Assembly: GCA_964532005.1 (NCBI GenBank)
Contig: CAZHER010000003.1
Span: 21,399-85,398 of the forward strand
Source of the DNA: an uncultured Candidatus Saccharibacteria bacterium
GTDB lineage: Bacteria; Patescibacteriota; Doudnabacteria; UBA920
Length of the DNA: 64,000 bases
Direction: 5' to 3'
The notes beneath the pieces are model-generated. The model was given only the letters and a program-made list of their open reading frames with translations, had not been told where the DNA came from and did no database searches. Positions 26,313-37,027 of the stretch are shown one piece after another. The stretch's first letter is position 1. Each line of letters opens with the position of its first letter. Position numbers and translations under genes: made by a program.

Positions 26313-27005
26313 TTATGCAGGAAAGTCTTTTAATGCAATTCGTCTGACGTATTCCCAAATTTGGTTATGGACTTCTTTCGGAGTTAACATCTCCCCTCCA
26401 TTAGCGCATTCTACCAAGCGCGTGTTTGGAAATAAAGAAGCTATTTCTAGATATACTTTTTCTGCATTACGAAGATGTTTAATATCTGTTTCATGAATGT
26501 CGGTTTTCTTACCTCTATTTTTTACCCTGGACTGCCCTACTTTAGCTGGTACATGAAGAATAATATTAAGATCAGGCTTCGGAATCCCGAATATGTTGTA
26601 CTCTAAGTTATTAAGCCACTTAAAAAATTTTAGCCTCTCTGTTCTATCAGCAATTTTACCTCCCTGATGTCCGGCGTTGGCAGTGACGTATCTGTTGGAA
26701 ATTACAACTTTTCCCTCAGCCAGCCAGTCGTGTAGTTGTTTGCTTGCGTCTAAGCGGTCAACTGCATAAAAAATTGAAGACGCGCTCGGATTCAACTGTC
26801 CGTATTTACCAGAAAGATACTCTTCTAAAGGACCAGCGGACTTTGAGCCGTATTTAGGAAAATCAGCAACCTCAACATTATAGCCCTGTTCCCTTAAGGT
26901 CTCCGTTAAGAGTTGGGTTTGGGTAGTTTTGCCAGCACCATCAGTTCCGTCTAAAACGATAAGTTTGCCCCGCTGTTTAGTTCTTTTTTTTACTGCTTTA
27001 GCCAT
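26313..27005 (-). CDS. tmk: Thymidylate kinase
   Basis: [10 protein letters not shown]-loop, NRY, PDL motifs; thymidylate operon context. Confidence 0.92.
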   Translation of the reverse strand: MAKAVKKRTKQRGKLIVLDGTDGAGKTTQTQLLTETLREQGYNVEVADFPKYGSKSAGPLEEYLSGKYGQLNPSASSIFYAVDRLDASKQLHDWLAEGKVVISNRYVTANAGHQGGKIADRTERLKFFKWLNNLEYNIFGIPKPDLNIILHVPAKVGQSRVKNRGKKTDIHETDIKHLRNAEKVYLEIASLFPNTRLVECANGGEMLTPKEVHNQIWEYVRRIALKDFPA

Positions 27006-27552
27006 AATTTTCTGCTGTTAATATATCTTCAACCTTTTGGTATAAATTCTCTAGGTCACCAATGTTGTTTATTTTATAATTGGCTTGCTGGCCAAGTCCG
27101 GCTATGCCTGTTTCGGTTGGTTCTGCTTGTTCTATTTTCAAGAAATCTTCGAAACTATTTTCCTGGTCATCAACTTTTTCTTTGCGCTGCTTAGATCGTT
27201 CATAACGGATTTCGGGCGTAGCAGTAATATAAATAATTTTGCCGCCGAAGCGTTTTACTATGTCTAGCTCTTCCTGGAATCTTATTCCTTGTACAACCTG
27301 CAGGGGCTCTGTAGCTTGCGCAAGCCTTTTCGCTACGGCGTTTCCTACAGTGTGGGTTCCAAAAACTTTTCTTAGCGCCATTCCTAGGTCTATTTCATTA
27401 CGGCGCGAAATTTCTAAACCCAAAACATTCAGTATTTCATCTAGTATATGGCTTTGTCGAATATGAAATGCGCCGTGCTTGGCTTGAAGATAATCTGCTA
27501 TTGTATCCTTTCCGGAAAATTGTTCCCCGACAATACCAAGTAAGAGTTTCAT
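26998..27552 (-). CDS. P-loop nucleoside monophosphate / dephospho-CoA kinase-like protein
   Basis: G...SGKDT, GIR..EE and RYER motifs. Confidence 0.8.
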   Translation of the reverse strand: MKLLLGIVGEQFSGKDTIADYLQAKHGAFHIRQSHILDEILNVLGLEISRRNEIDLGMALRKVFGTHTVGNAVAKRLAQATEPLQVVQGIRFQEELDIVKRFGGKIIYITATPEIRYERSKQRKEKVDDQENSFEDFLKIEQAEPTETGIAGLGQQANYKINNIGDLENLYQKVEDILTAENYG

Positions 27553-27557
27553 AAATC

Positions 27558-28148
27558 TTATTCAAAGTTAATCCACTCGTTGTTGTTCAGAAAGTTTTTG
27601 TAGTATTGGCTGGGTTGAGGTTTGTCCGCTCCATAGTATTTGCTGTTTAATCCATCTTTTCCGTAAGGCTTGTCTACCTCACTTGAAAGTTTTACAAAAG
27701 CAACTTGAGCAATCGGCATTTTGTAATAAAGTTTAAGAGGAAGATTTGCCAGGTTGTGAAACTCCAAAGTGATTTTTAAAGTATTTCCTGGGTCTATATA
27801 TCCTGCTGTTGCATGGACTACCAAGCCCATACGGGCTAAAGACGACTTTCCGTTTAATTGAGCCACCATGTTATGAGGTACAGAAACAGTTTCATACGTT
27901 ATGCCCAATGCAAATTCTCCCGGGTGCAGAACGAACTGTCTATCTTTGTTGATGGTAACTTTTTCCATCATTTCATCTATGTTTTCTTTTGGATCAATAC
28001 AGACATTTTGAGTAGATTTGAAGATCAAAAAGTCAGCCCCTAAATGCAAATCTATGCTGGCGGGCTGGATTGAATTTGGAAACAATGGCTCTACTTTTAT
28101 CTCCCCTGTTTCTAGGGATTTTTTCATGTCTCGGTCGGAAAGGATCAT
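27558..28148 (-). CDS. dcd: dCTP deaminase (possibly bifunctional with dUTPase)
   Basis: MILSD, QPASIDLHL, GKSSLAR.G, AG.IDPG and LE motifs. Confidence 0.95.
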   Translation of the reverse strand: MILSDRDMKKSLETGEIKVEPLFPNSIQPASIDLHLGADFLIFKSTQNVCIDPKENIDEMMEKVTINKDRQFVLHPGEFALGITYETVSVPHNMVAQLNGKSSLARMGLVVHATAGYIDPGNTLKITLEFHNLANLPLKLYYKMPIAQVAFVKLSSEVDKPYGKDGLNSKYYGADKPQPSQYYKNFLNNNEWINFE

Positions 28149-28376
28149 GCTTGATTTTTGTATATTATTTATTAAGATTTTACATTTCTGCTAGATTTAA
28201 TTCTACTATCATTTTGCTGCTTTTACAAAATCGTCATAGTTTAGGCCGTATTGACTATTATTATTAAATATTGCGTAATATATTTTTAAAAAAACAGCTC
28301 GACGTGGTCTTTCTTGGCATTGTGGTGCCGCAAAATTTTACGTCGAGCGTCAGAGTGTTTAGGAGGGATTGAATTT

Positions 28377-28967
28377 TCATTTCACATCCCCCCTTTTTCG
28401 AAGTTGTTTGGAAATTTGGTGATCGAAGTCCTGTATGTACTTCTTCCGAAGTTCATATACGCGGCGGACTTCAGCTTTTTTGTGAAGCTGCTGAAGCCTT
28501 CTGCGAAGCTGTTCGGCTTCTTGTACATCGGGGTCAAGGCATAGCCTGAACATCTCCTGAATTTCACGCTGTTCCTGAGTGTAGCTTTGCAACGCATCCG
28601 ATATAGCCAGGCTCGTAGCGCTTGTTTCTGCTTGCATCCCAGACTCACCTCTTTTAGTGAGCGCTGACTTGCCTTCTGATGCATAAGCCAGAATCAGGAT
28701 CAGCGTATTTTCATCCGGCTCAATACCTTCCTCTTTGGAAACACGGAAGTGCTCCATCAGGTCAGTGCGAGCAATTTCCGTACCACGGGCATCGAGTGAG
28801 TCAAATCTCCGCCGCAATTCTGTTCCAGTCTCCTCATTGCCAACTCTTTCGAGTCGACGAGAGATGTTGTTATCCAGCTGGACTAGGTCCAGCTCTTTTA
28901 AATTGTTTCCTAGATTTTCCAAAACCTTTTTAGTCCCCCTACCTATTTGTTCCTGCCAAAGCCCCAT
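28377..28967 (-). CDS. Orphan helical hypothetical protein
   Basis: 196-aa charged, coiled-coil-like ORF with higher GC. Confidence 0.65.
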   Translation of the reverse strand: MGLWQEQIGRGTKKVLENLGNNLKELDLVQLDNNISRRLERVGNEETGTELRRRFDSLDARGTEIARTDLMEHFRVSKEEGIEPDENTLILILAYASEGKSALTKRGESGMQAETSATSLAISDALQSYTQEQREIQEMFRLCLDPDVQEAEQLRRRLQQLHKKAEVRRVYELRKKYIQDFDHQISKQLRKRGDVK

Positions 28968-29042
28968 GCTTTTAGCTAAGTATTATGCCTTATTAAAAAG
29001 AAAAATTCAATAGCGCGACTTGTATGCTGCTAATAATGCGTT

Positions 29043-29070
29043 AAAATAAAACCCCCTCTTGGTGAGGGGG
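29043..29070 (-). terminator. Terminator after rplA
   Basis: Minus strand CCCCCTC-accaa-GAGGGGG followed by TTTTATTTT. Confidence 0.8.
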
Positions 29071-29108
29071 CGAGAAACTTTGACAGTTTTAATAGAATTT
29101 ATTGCGGT

Positions 29109-29792
29109 TTACATTTTAACTTTTATGCCAGGTCCCATCGTAGCATTGATAGTAATACCAGCAATAAACTGCTTCTTTACAGCAGCAGGCTTGTTTTGCA
29201 TAAGGGCATCGTAAAAAGCTTTTAAATTTTCAACGAGTTTTGCTGAATCAAAATCGGTTTTTCCTATGGTTAGATGAACATTTCCAGAATCATCATTTTT
29301 AAAGTTAACTTTACCACCAGCTATTTCCTTAATTGCCACTGCAATATTGTCGGATACAGTACCGGTTTTAGGATTAGGCATCAGACCTCTGGTTCCTAAG
29401 ACTTTTGCAATTTGAGCAAGTTTGGCCATCATTGCAGGTTCGGCTACAGCAACATCAAAATCGGTTTTTCCAGTCTCTTTAATTTCTTTAATCAGCTCTT
29501 CCCCGCCAACAATGCTGGCACCAGCAGATTTTGCATCGGCTTCTTTGCCTTCGGTAACGAAAGCCGCAATTTTTTTAGTTTTTCCAGTACCGTGGGGCAA
29601 GGTTACTGTACCCCGAATGGCTTGGTCAGTTTTCTTAGCTTCAATGTTAGTGCGAACATGTACCTCAACCGAGCCAGTGAATTTGGTTGTGGCAGTTTTT
29701 TTTGCCAGCTCTACAGCTTCGGTTATGGGGTAAATAGTTTCCTTATTTACCAACTCAAGGCCGGCTTTCAGGCGTTTAGATTGTTTTGACAT
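29109..29792 (-). CDS. rplA: 50S ribosomal protein L1
   Basis: RGTVTLPHGTGK, LGTRGLMPNPKTGTV and TMGPG motifs; true start is the ATG at 29792 (MSKQ). Confidence 0.98.
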   Translation of the reverse strand: MSKQSKRLKAGLELVNKETIYPITEAVELAKKTATTKFTGSVEVHVRTNIEAKKTDQAIRGTVTLPHGTGKTKKIAAFVTEGKEADAKSAGASIVGGEELIKEIKETGKTDFDVAVAEPAMMAKLAQIAKVLGTRGLMPNPKTGTVSDNIAVAIKEIAGGKVNFKNDDSGNVHLTIGKTDFDSAKLVENLKAFYDALMQNKPAAVKKQFIAGITINATMGPGIKVKM

Positions 29793-29804
29793 AGTTGTCC
29801 TTTC

Positions 29805-29846
29805 GTGGTGCAAACCGTGCGGGTTAATTGGCCCGGCGCGTCCCAC
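29805..29846 (-). promoter_or_regulatory. Candidate L1 autoregulatory leader upstream of rplA
   Basis: GC-rich GUGGGACG...ACCAC structure closing just before the RBS. Confidence 0.55.
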
Positions 29847-29854
29847 AAATTAAT

Positions 29855-30619
29855 TTACTTTTTCAAACCTTCGCTTTCAACGAAGTTCTTGATATCTTTA
29901 ATTGTGCTCATGAATTGAGCTGGGAAAATAATGGTAGAGTTTTTTTCTATGCTGATTTCGGCCATGGTCTGTAAATTACGAAGCTGTAATGCAATGGGGT
30001 GTGCCGCCATAACATCCGCAGTCTCGGCCAATTTTTGAGAAGATAAAAACTCTCCTTCAGCAGCAATAATTTTGGCTCGCTTCTCGCGTTCTGCCTCGGC
30101 TTGTTTTGCCATAGCGCGTTGCATGCCTTCTGGTAGCTCAATATCTTTAATTTCAACTACTGGAACAATGATTCCCCATTCTTCTGTATGCATATCTAGC
30201 ACTTTGGTAATTTCCCCGTTGATTTTTTCACGTTCGGACAGAATTTCATCCAGCTGGAATTTGCCAACAATGTTGCGAACAGAAGTTTGAGCAATCTGGT
30301 TAATAGCGCTAATTACACTTTCAATTGCTACAATGCTTTTAACTGGGTCGACGATTTTAAAGTATGCGACAGCAGATACATCCACAGAAACATTGTCTTT
30401 AGTAATGATTTTTTGAGGAGGAACAGGTAATGTCACTGTGCGTAGATCCACTTTTTTAACCCATTCGATGTAAGGAATGACCCAGTTAAGACCTGGTTTT
30501 TGCAAGCGCACAATTCGTCCAAGGCGGAATACAACACCTTGTTGATATTGCTGTACAATTCTTAGCCCAGGAAGTACCACAAACAGGCCTAGTATGATGA
30601 GAAACAGTACAAATCCCAT
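29855..30619 (-). CDS. SPFH/band-7 stomatin-like (slipin) protein
   Basis: GVVFRLGR, VDLRT, ITKDNV.V, MAKQAEAEREKRAKII.AEGE and ALQLR.LQT motifs. Confidence 0.95.
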   Translation of the reverse strand: MGFVLFLIILGLFVVLPGLRIVQQYQQGVVFRLGRIVRLQKPGLNWVIPYIEWVKKVDLRTVTLPVPPQKIITKDNVSVDVSAVAYFKIVDPVKSIVAIESVISAINQIAQTSVRNIVGKFQLDEILSEREKINGEITKVLDMHTEEWGIIVPVVEIKDIELPEGMQRAMAKQAEAEREKRAKIIAAEGEFLSSQKLAETADVMAAHPIALQLRNLQTMAEISIEKNSTIIFPAQFMSTIKDIKNFVESEGLKK

Positions 30620-30636
30620 AGTTGTTATATTAAGTA

Positions 30637-31062
30637 TTAGTCAACCACCTCGACACCCATAGATCGGGCGGTGCCTCGAATGATTTTTTCAGCACCTTCC
30701 AATGAGGTAGCATTAAGATCGGGCATTTTTTGTTCCGCAATCTTACGGATTTCTTCTGCAGAAATTTTACCGACTTTGGTGGTTAAAGGGTTTGCAGAGC
30801 CTTTTGCTAAATTGATTGCTTTCATAATCAAGTTAGCAGCGGGAGGGGTCTTGAGCACAAAGGTAAAAGTACGATCTTCAAAAATCGTCATTTCTACCGG
30901 TATGATCATGTCGCCCATCTGGGCAGTTTGGCTGTTAAATGCAGTTGTAAATTCTGCAATGTTTAAGCCGTGGGGTCCAAGTGCGGTCCCAACTGGAGGC
31001 GCCGGGGTTGCTTTTCCAGCAGGGAGCTGGAGTTTTACGATTGCTTTGACTTTTTTAGCCAT
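30637..31062 (-). CDS. rplK: 50S ribosomal protein L11
   Basis: [19 protein letters not shown] and GTARSMG motifs. Confidence 0.98.
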   Translation of the reverse strand: MAKKVKAIVKLQLPAGKATPAPPVGTALGPHGLNIAEFTTAFNSQTAQMGDMIIPVEMTIFEDRTFTFVLKTPPAANLIMKAINLAKGSANPLTTKVGKISAEEIRKIAEQKMPDLNATSLEGAEKIIRGTARSMGVEVVD

Positions 31063-31070
31063 AGTTTTGT

Positions 31071-31117
31071 GTGGTAGGCCTTATTAGGGCCGGGGGCAGG
31101 AGTTACCTGTCAACCAC
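31071..31117 (-). promoter_or_regulatory. Structured leader upstream of rplK (candidate L1-binding element)
   Basis: GUGG...CCAC closing stem enclosing two short hairpins (CAGG/CCUG, GGCC/GGCC). Confidence 0.5.
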
Positions 31118-31137
31118 TTCCTTTCTTAATTATTTAA

Positions 31138-31683
31138 TTAAACCTTTTTTACTTGTAAAAAATCCAATTCTACAGGTGTCTCGCGGCCAAAGATGGTAAC
31201 CATAACTTTAACCTTGCCTTTTGCTTCGTCTATTTCCCCTACCTTACCTTCATAATCTTTAAATGGACCATCGGTAATTCGCACTAGGTCGTTGATAAGG
31301 AAGTCAACTTTGAATTTTGGTTCTTCAACACCCATTCGCTTCTGCAAATACTTAATTTCCTCATCAGAAATTGGTGTTGGTATTGTTCCGGACCCTACGA
31401 AACCTGTGACATTGGGGGTGTTACGCACCACATACCAAGAATCATCGGTCACTATCATTTCTACCAGCACATAACCGGGGAAGATTTTTTCTTCAACAGT
31501 AGTGCGTTTGCCATTATGAATTTTGATTTTCTTTTCTTTGGGTACAATGGCATCAAAAATTTTATCTTGCATGCCCATATTTTCAATACGTTGTTTTAGG
31601 TTCCAGGCCACACTGTCTTCATATCCGCTGTAGGTGTGCAGTACGTACCAATTTCGTTCACCAGTTACTTGTTGTTTGCTCAT
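31138..31683 (-). CDS. nusG: Transcription factor NusG
   Basis: WYVLHTYSG.E, FPGYVL, TPNVTGFV and IFGRETPVEL motifs. Confidence 0.98.
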   Translation of the reverse strand: MSKQQVTGERNWYVLHTYSGYEDSVAWNLKQRIENMGMQDKIFDAIVPKEKKIKIHNGKRTTVEEKIFPGYVLVEMIVTDDSWYVVRNTPNVTGFVGSGTIPTPISDEEIKYLQKRMGVEEPKFKVDFLINDLVRITDGPFKDYEGKVGEIDEAKGKVKVMVTIFGRETPVELDFLQVKKV

Positions 31684-31704
31684 AGTATTCGAAAAGAAAT
31701 TAAA

Positions 31705-31890
31705 TTATTTGTTCAAAATCGCTTCAAATCCCCGAAGAAGCCCGAAGTCAGCAGCGCCCAGTATTAAAGATACAACAAGGCTAAAAATTACCACACTTAC
31801 TGTATATCTAATAGTATCTTTACGGCTAGGCCATACTACTTTGAACATTTCTGCTTTAACTTCGCGGAAGAAATTAAATATTTTAGACAT
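31705..31890 (-). CDS. secE: Preprotein translocase SecE
   Basis: E..KV.WP motif, one TM helix, directly upstream of nusG. Confidence 0.95.
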   Translation of the reverse strand: MSKIFNFFREVKAEMFKVVWPSRKDTIRYTVSVVIFSLVVSLILGAADFGLLRGFEAILNK

Positions 31891-32127
31891 GATTTTCCTT
31901 TTAAATAAGCCAATTTTATTATATTTTTAAGGCTTTTTTAAAAAGCCTTTCCGGGCTTTTGTCATATTATATCACAATATAATTCAAAATGGCAAATATG
32001 CTAATCGGGGCTGTTTTGAAATTGACTTTTGTTTTATTTGGGAGAATAATAAGTGCAAATCATTTCCGCCAATAAAAGCATGGGGCTTTTTGGTAAGGCA
32101 ATGAAGTCGAATCAAAACGAGGAAAAT

Positions 32128-33057
32128 ATGAAAAGAAAAATTTTTGCGATTTTTGTCGTGTTTGTGATTGCCATTTTGACTTCATGCAGTAAAACTGAAG
32201 AAGTGGCGAAAGCAAACACAAATACCAACGACTCGCCGGCAGTAAGGAAAAGCGAAGTTTCTGCCGAAGTCAATACCAATTCATCGCCAACAAACGAAAT
32301 GGTTCCGATTGCTCCGAACAACAACGCCGATACTCAGCAGCAGACGAACCAGCAGGGTCGTCCACCAAAGACCAGCGTTCCTAAGCAACCTAAGACAATT
32401 TTTGAAATTATCCCTGTTCCTGAGCAACCCGCAATGAGGAAGATGGATATTGCAAGAATGTCGGATGTTGACGGACATAACGTAATTGTAGCCTTCGTTG
32501 TCAACGAAAGATACGACCGGCTCGGAGAAGTTGTGGAGTTTCACGACTACAACAATGATTCCATACCGGACGGCGTATTCTACACCAATGTCATTGATAT
32601 TCAGAGCAACAAAATCTGGATCGCTGGTTGGTGGAAAGGAACCGAAGCTCTAAATTGGTTTAAGACCAAGGGCGTAGGGATTAAGCCGCCGGAAAATCTC
32701 AACGAAACCCAGGTCGGTTATTACGACGTTGACACTTTTTTCAACTCAACTTCCGATTTGGAAATGGTTCGCTCCGATTTGGGAGATATGTTCCTATTTG
32801 GTTTATTCAATGCCGGATCGGACATAGTCGGTGGCGTATTGGCTATGGAGAAGGGTAAGCCTGAAGCTGACGCCGAGCAGCGAATTCAGAAAGGAGTGGA
32901 TGCCTTAATGCGTTTTTTGGGCAAACGTGGCAAGTTCGCCGGTTATGGGGCAAAGGTGAAAACAGAACAAGAGCTTAGTTTGCCTAACAAAAAGTTGTTT
33001 CCTCGGGTTAATCCCAAAAACCCCAAAGACACAACAGCAAACAGACTCGAGAGCTAG
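32128..33057 (+). CDS. Orphan lipoprotein
   Basis: SD GAGG; MKRKIF...LTSC lipobox; N/T/P-rich linker; DYNNDSIPDG Dx[DN]xDG-like motif; TTGACT-17-AATAAT at 32022-32050. Confidence 0.75.
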   Translation: MKRKIFAIFVVFVIAILTSCSKTEEVAKANTNTNDSPAVRKSEVSAEVNTNSSPTNEMVPIAPNNNADTQQQTNQQGRPPKTSVPKQPKTIFEIIPVPEQPAMRKMDIARMSDVDGHNVIVAFVVNERYDRLGEVVEFHDYNNDSIPDGVFYTNVIDIQSNKIWIAGWWKGTEALNWFKTKGVGIKPPENLNETQVGYYDVDTFFNSTSDLEMVRSDLGDMFLFGLFNAGSDIVGGVLAMEKGKPEADAEQRIQKGVDALMRFLGKRGKFAGYGAKVKTEQELSLPNKKLFPRVNPKNPKDTTANRLES

Positions 33058-33076
33058 TCCGAGAATTTTTCAAGAC

Positions 33077-33118
33077 CAAAAACGCACCCCTAGAAGCTTT
33101 ACCAAGGGCGCGTTTTTG
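33077..33118. terminator. Bidirectional terminator between the lipoprotein gene and gyrB
   Basis: CAAAAACGC.CCC...GGGCGCGTTTTTG. Confidence 0.7.
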
Positions 33119-33138
33119 TTTATCAAAAATTATAATTA

Positions 33139-35244
<2,106 letters not shown>

Positions 35245-35444
35245 TTATTATTGAATTTAGGAGTTTAATATACTTTAATTTTAGCAAATTTTACTTAATT
35301 TTTCCACTGTTGATAACAAGAAAATCCCTCTTAAATAAAAGGGATTTCAGAACTAATAATTGTTCAATTCAGTTATTTTTTCTACCAGATTATTCATGGT
35401 GTTTATATAACCGTCAGCTTCGGTAAATTCGTGTCCAGCGAATA

Positions 35445-36581
35445 TTACCTCAATTCAGCATTAAATTGTTCTGCGGTTTGTTTGTAGACTTCGTCCTGAA
35501 GCGGGTCAATTTCCTCTGCTTGAAGAGTTCTATGATTACTGCGGTAGAATATTCGGTAAGTGTAACTCATCTTATCTGAGCCAAATTTTTCATCGTTTTC
35601 ATATTTATCTAAAAGCTGTACTTCTTCAACTAAATCACCACCAATATGACGAATAAGATCAAAGTAATTATTAGGTATAAAGCTTTTGCTTACGATGAAA
35701 GATATGTCGCGAATTATTGGTGGATATTTGCTCACTTCGGTAAATTTGTGTCCCAGGACCAACTGTTTTTTTACCCGCTCATCTTCTGACCACAAAAGTC
35801 TAATATCTGGTAATTCCATGCTGACAATAGCAAGTCTTTCCAAACCAAATCCAAATGCCCAGCCATTATAGCTTCCCTGCTCAACCCCAAGCGTATTCAA
35901 TACGACCTGTCTCACCATTCCTCCACCTAGAACTTCAATCCATTGACCATCTTTTTCTATTTCCATTTCCAATGATGGGTCCGTGTATGGGAACGTGTCA
36001 TGATTGAATCGGAATTTGGTTTCTGGTCCAAATACTGCCTTTGCAATATCGCCTAAAACTTTTTTTAGGTCTTCTTCTGTTAGCACTCTTTCTTTTGTAG
36101 GAGCCAATAACCAACCATCTACTTGATGGAATATGTTCATGTGGTGACGGTCTATTTCATCTTTGCGATATACTTTTCCATAGCATAGCGATCCTATAGG
36201 TTCTCCGGCGGCCAACTTTTTCCTAATTTCGGGGTGATTTAGGTAGTAATACCACATAATTGTGGTATGGGTCCGCAAGATATTTTCATCATCGACATAA
36301 TATGTGTCAGATTTGCTTCGGGCAGGATGGTCTGGCGGAAAATTGAACAAATCAAAGCTTGGGCCGACTGGAACTATTTCAGGTACTTTGATTATGTCAA
36401 AATTAGCAAACTCTGGAAGCGAAGCCAGTCTGGAAATTAACTCTTTTAAGGGACTACCGTCTTTGCGCGACAGATCGTCCATTTCAAGATAGCGCTTGAT
36501 TCGCAAGCTTTCAAAATCCGTTCTTGTTTCAAGTTGTTTTTTAAGTTCACGCTCTTTCTCAGAGTCAATATTGATTTCCAT
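35445..36581 (-). CDS. Single-chain (mitochondrial-type) phenylalanine--tRNA ligase: catalytic domain plus FDX anticodon-binding domain
   Basis: DHPAR...DTYY, LRTHT, YR.DEID..H..FHQ, FPYT.PS.E and AFGFGLERLA, then SKYP...RDISF...SYTYRI.YR...RTL (B8/FDX-ACB). Confidence 0.9.
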   Translation of the reverse strand: MEINIDSEKERELKKQLETRTDFESLRIKRYLEMDDLSRKDGSPLKELISRLASLPEFANFDIIKVPEIVPVGPSFDLFNFPPDHPARSKSDTYYVDDENILRTHTTIMWYYYLNHPEIRKKLAAGEPIGSLCYGKVYRKDEIDRHHMNIFHQVDGWLLAPTKERVLTEEDLKKVLGDIAKAVFGPETKFRFNHDTFPYTDPSLEMEIEKDGQWIEVLGGGMVRQVVLNTLGVEQGSYNGWAFGFGLERLAIVSMELPDIRLLWSEDERVKKQLVLGHKFTEVSKYPPIIRDISFIVSKSFIPNNYFDLIRHIGGDLVEEVQLLDKYENDEKFGSDKMSYTYRIFYRSNHRTLQAEEIDPLQDEVYKQTAEQFNAELR

Positions 36582-36595
36582 GATTCCATCAATCT

Positions 36596-37024
36596 TTAAT
36601 AATTCAGAATTGTACCAGGCACCGTCTCAGCTGGCAATACCATAATTTCCGGTTTATTCCCTATTTCATTACTTGCTCCAATCTCAAATTCCGCACAAAT
36701 CATTCCTTGGCTTACGATTCCTCTGATTTTTGCTGTTTCTAAAACAAAAGACTCGTGCTGCTCGGAATGAATATTTTTTGCTATTTTCGCTCCGGGGAGA
36801 GCTAAAACCACCATGTCCCCCGTTTCAAAGTTAAAAGCCCCGCACACCACAGGTTCTACGGGATCCTCACTACCGATGTCTAATGATATTATTCTTAGCC
36901 TGTCTGCGTTTGGGTGTTTTTCGATTTTAATTACCTTGGCTGCAACAATTTTTCCTTTAGGTTTGGTAGGTGTTTTTTTTTCAGTGTTACTTTTGCCAAA
37001 TATTGATTTTAAAAAATTTAACAT
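36596..37024 (-). CDS. Stand-alone tRNA-binding OB domain (PheT B2 / YtpR-like)
   Basis: HPNADRL, VVCGA.N, ALPGA and IRG.VSQGMICA motifs. Confidence 0.88.
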   Translation of the reverse strand: MLNFLKSIFGKSNTEKKTPTKPKGKIVAAKVIKIEKHPNADRLRIISLDIGSEDPVEPVVCGAFNFETGDMVVLALPGAKIAKNIHSEQHESFVLETAKIRGIVSQGMICAEFEIGASNEIGNKPEIMVLPAETVPGTILNY

Positions 37025-37027
37025 AAC

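Noticed and set aside
29793-29846. N-terminal extension of L1 given in the ORF track
   Set aside because: The region is a structured leader with an RBS before ATG 29792.
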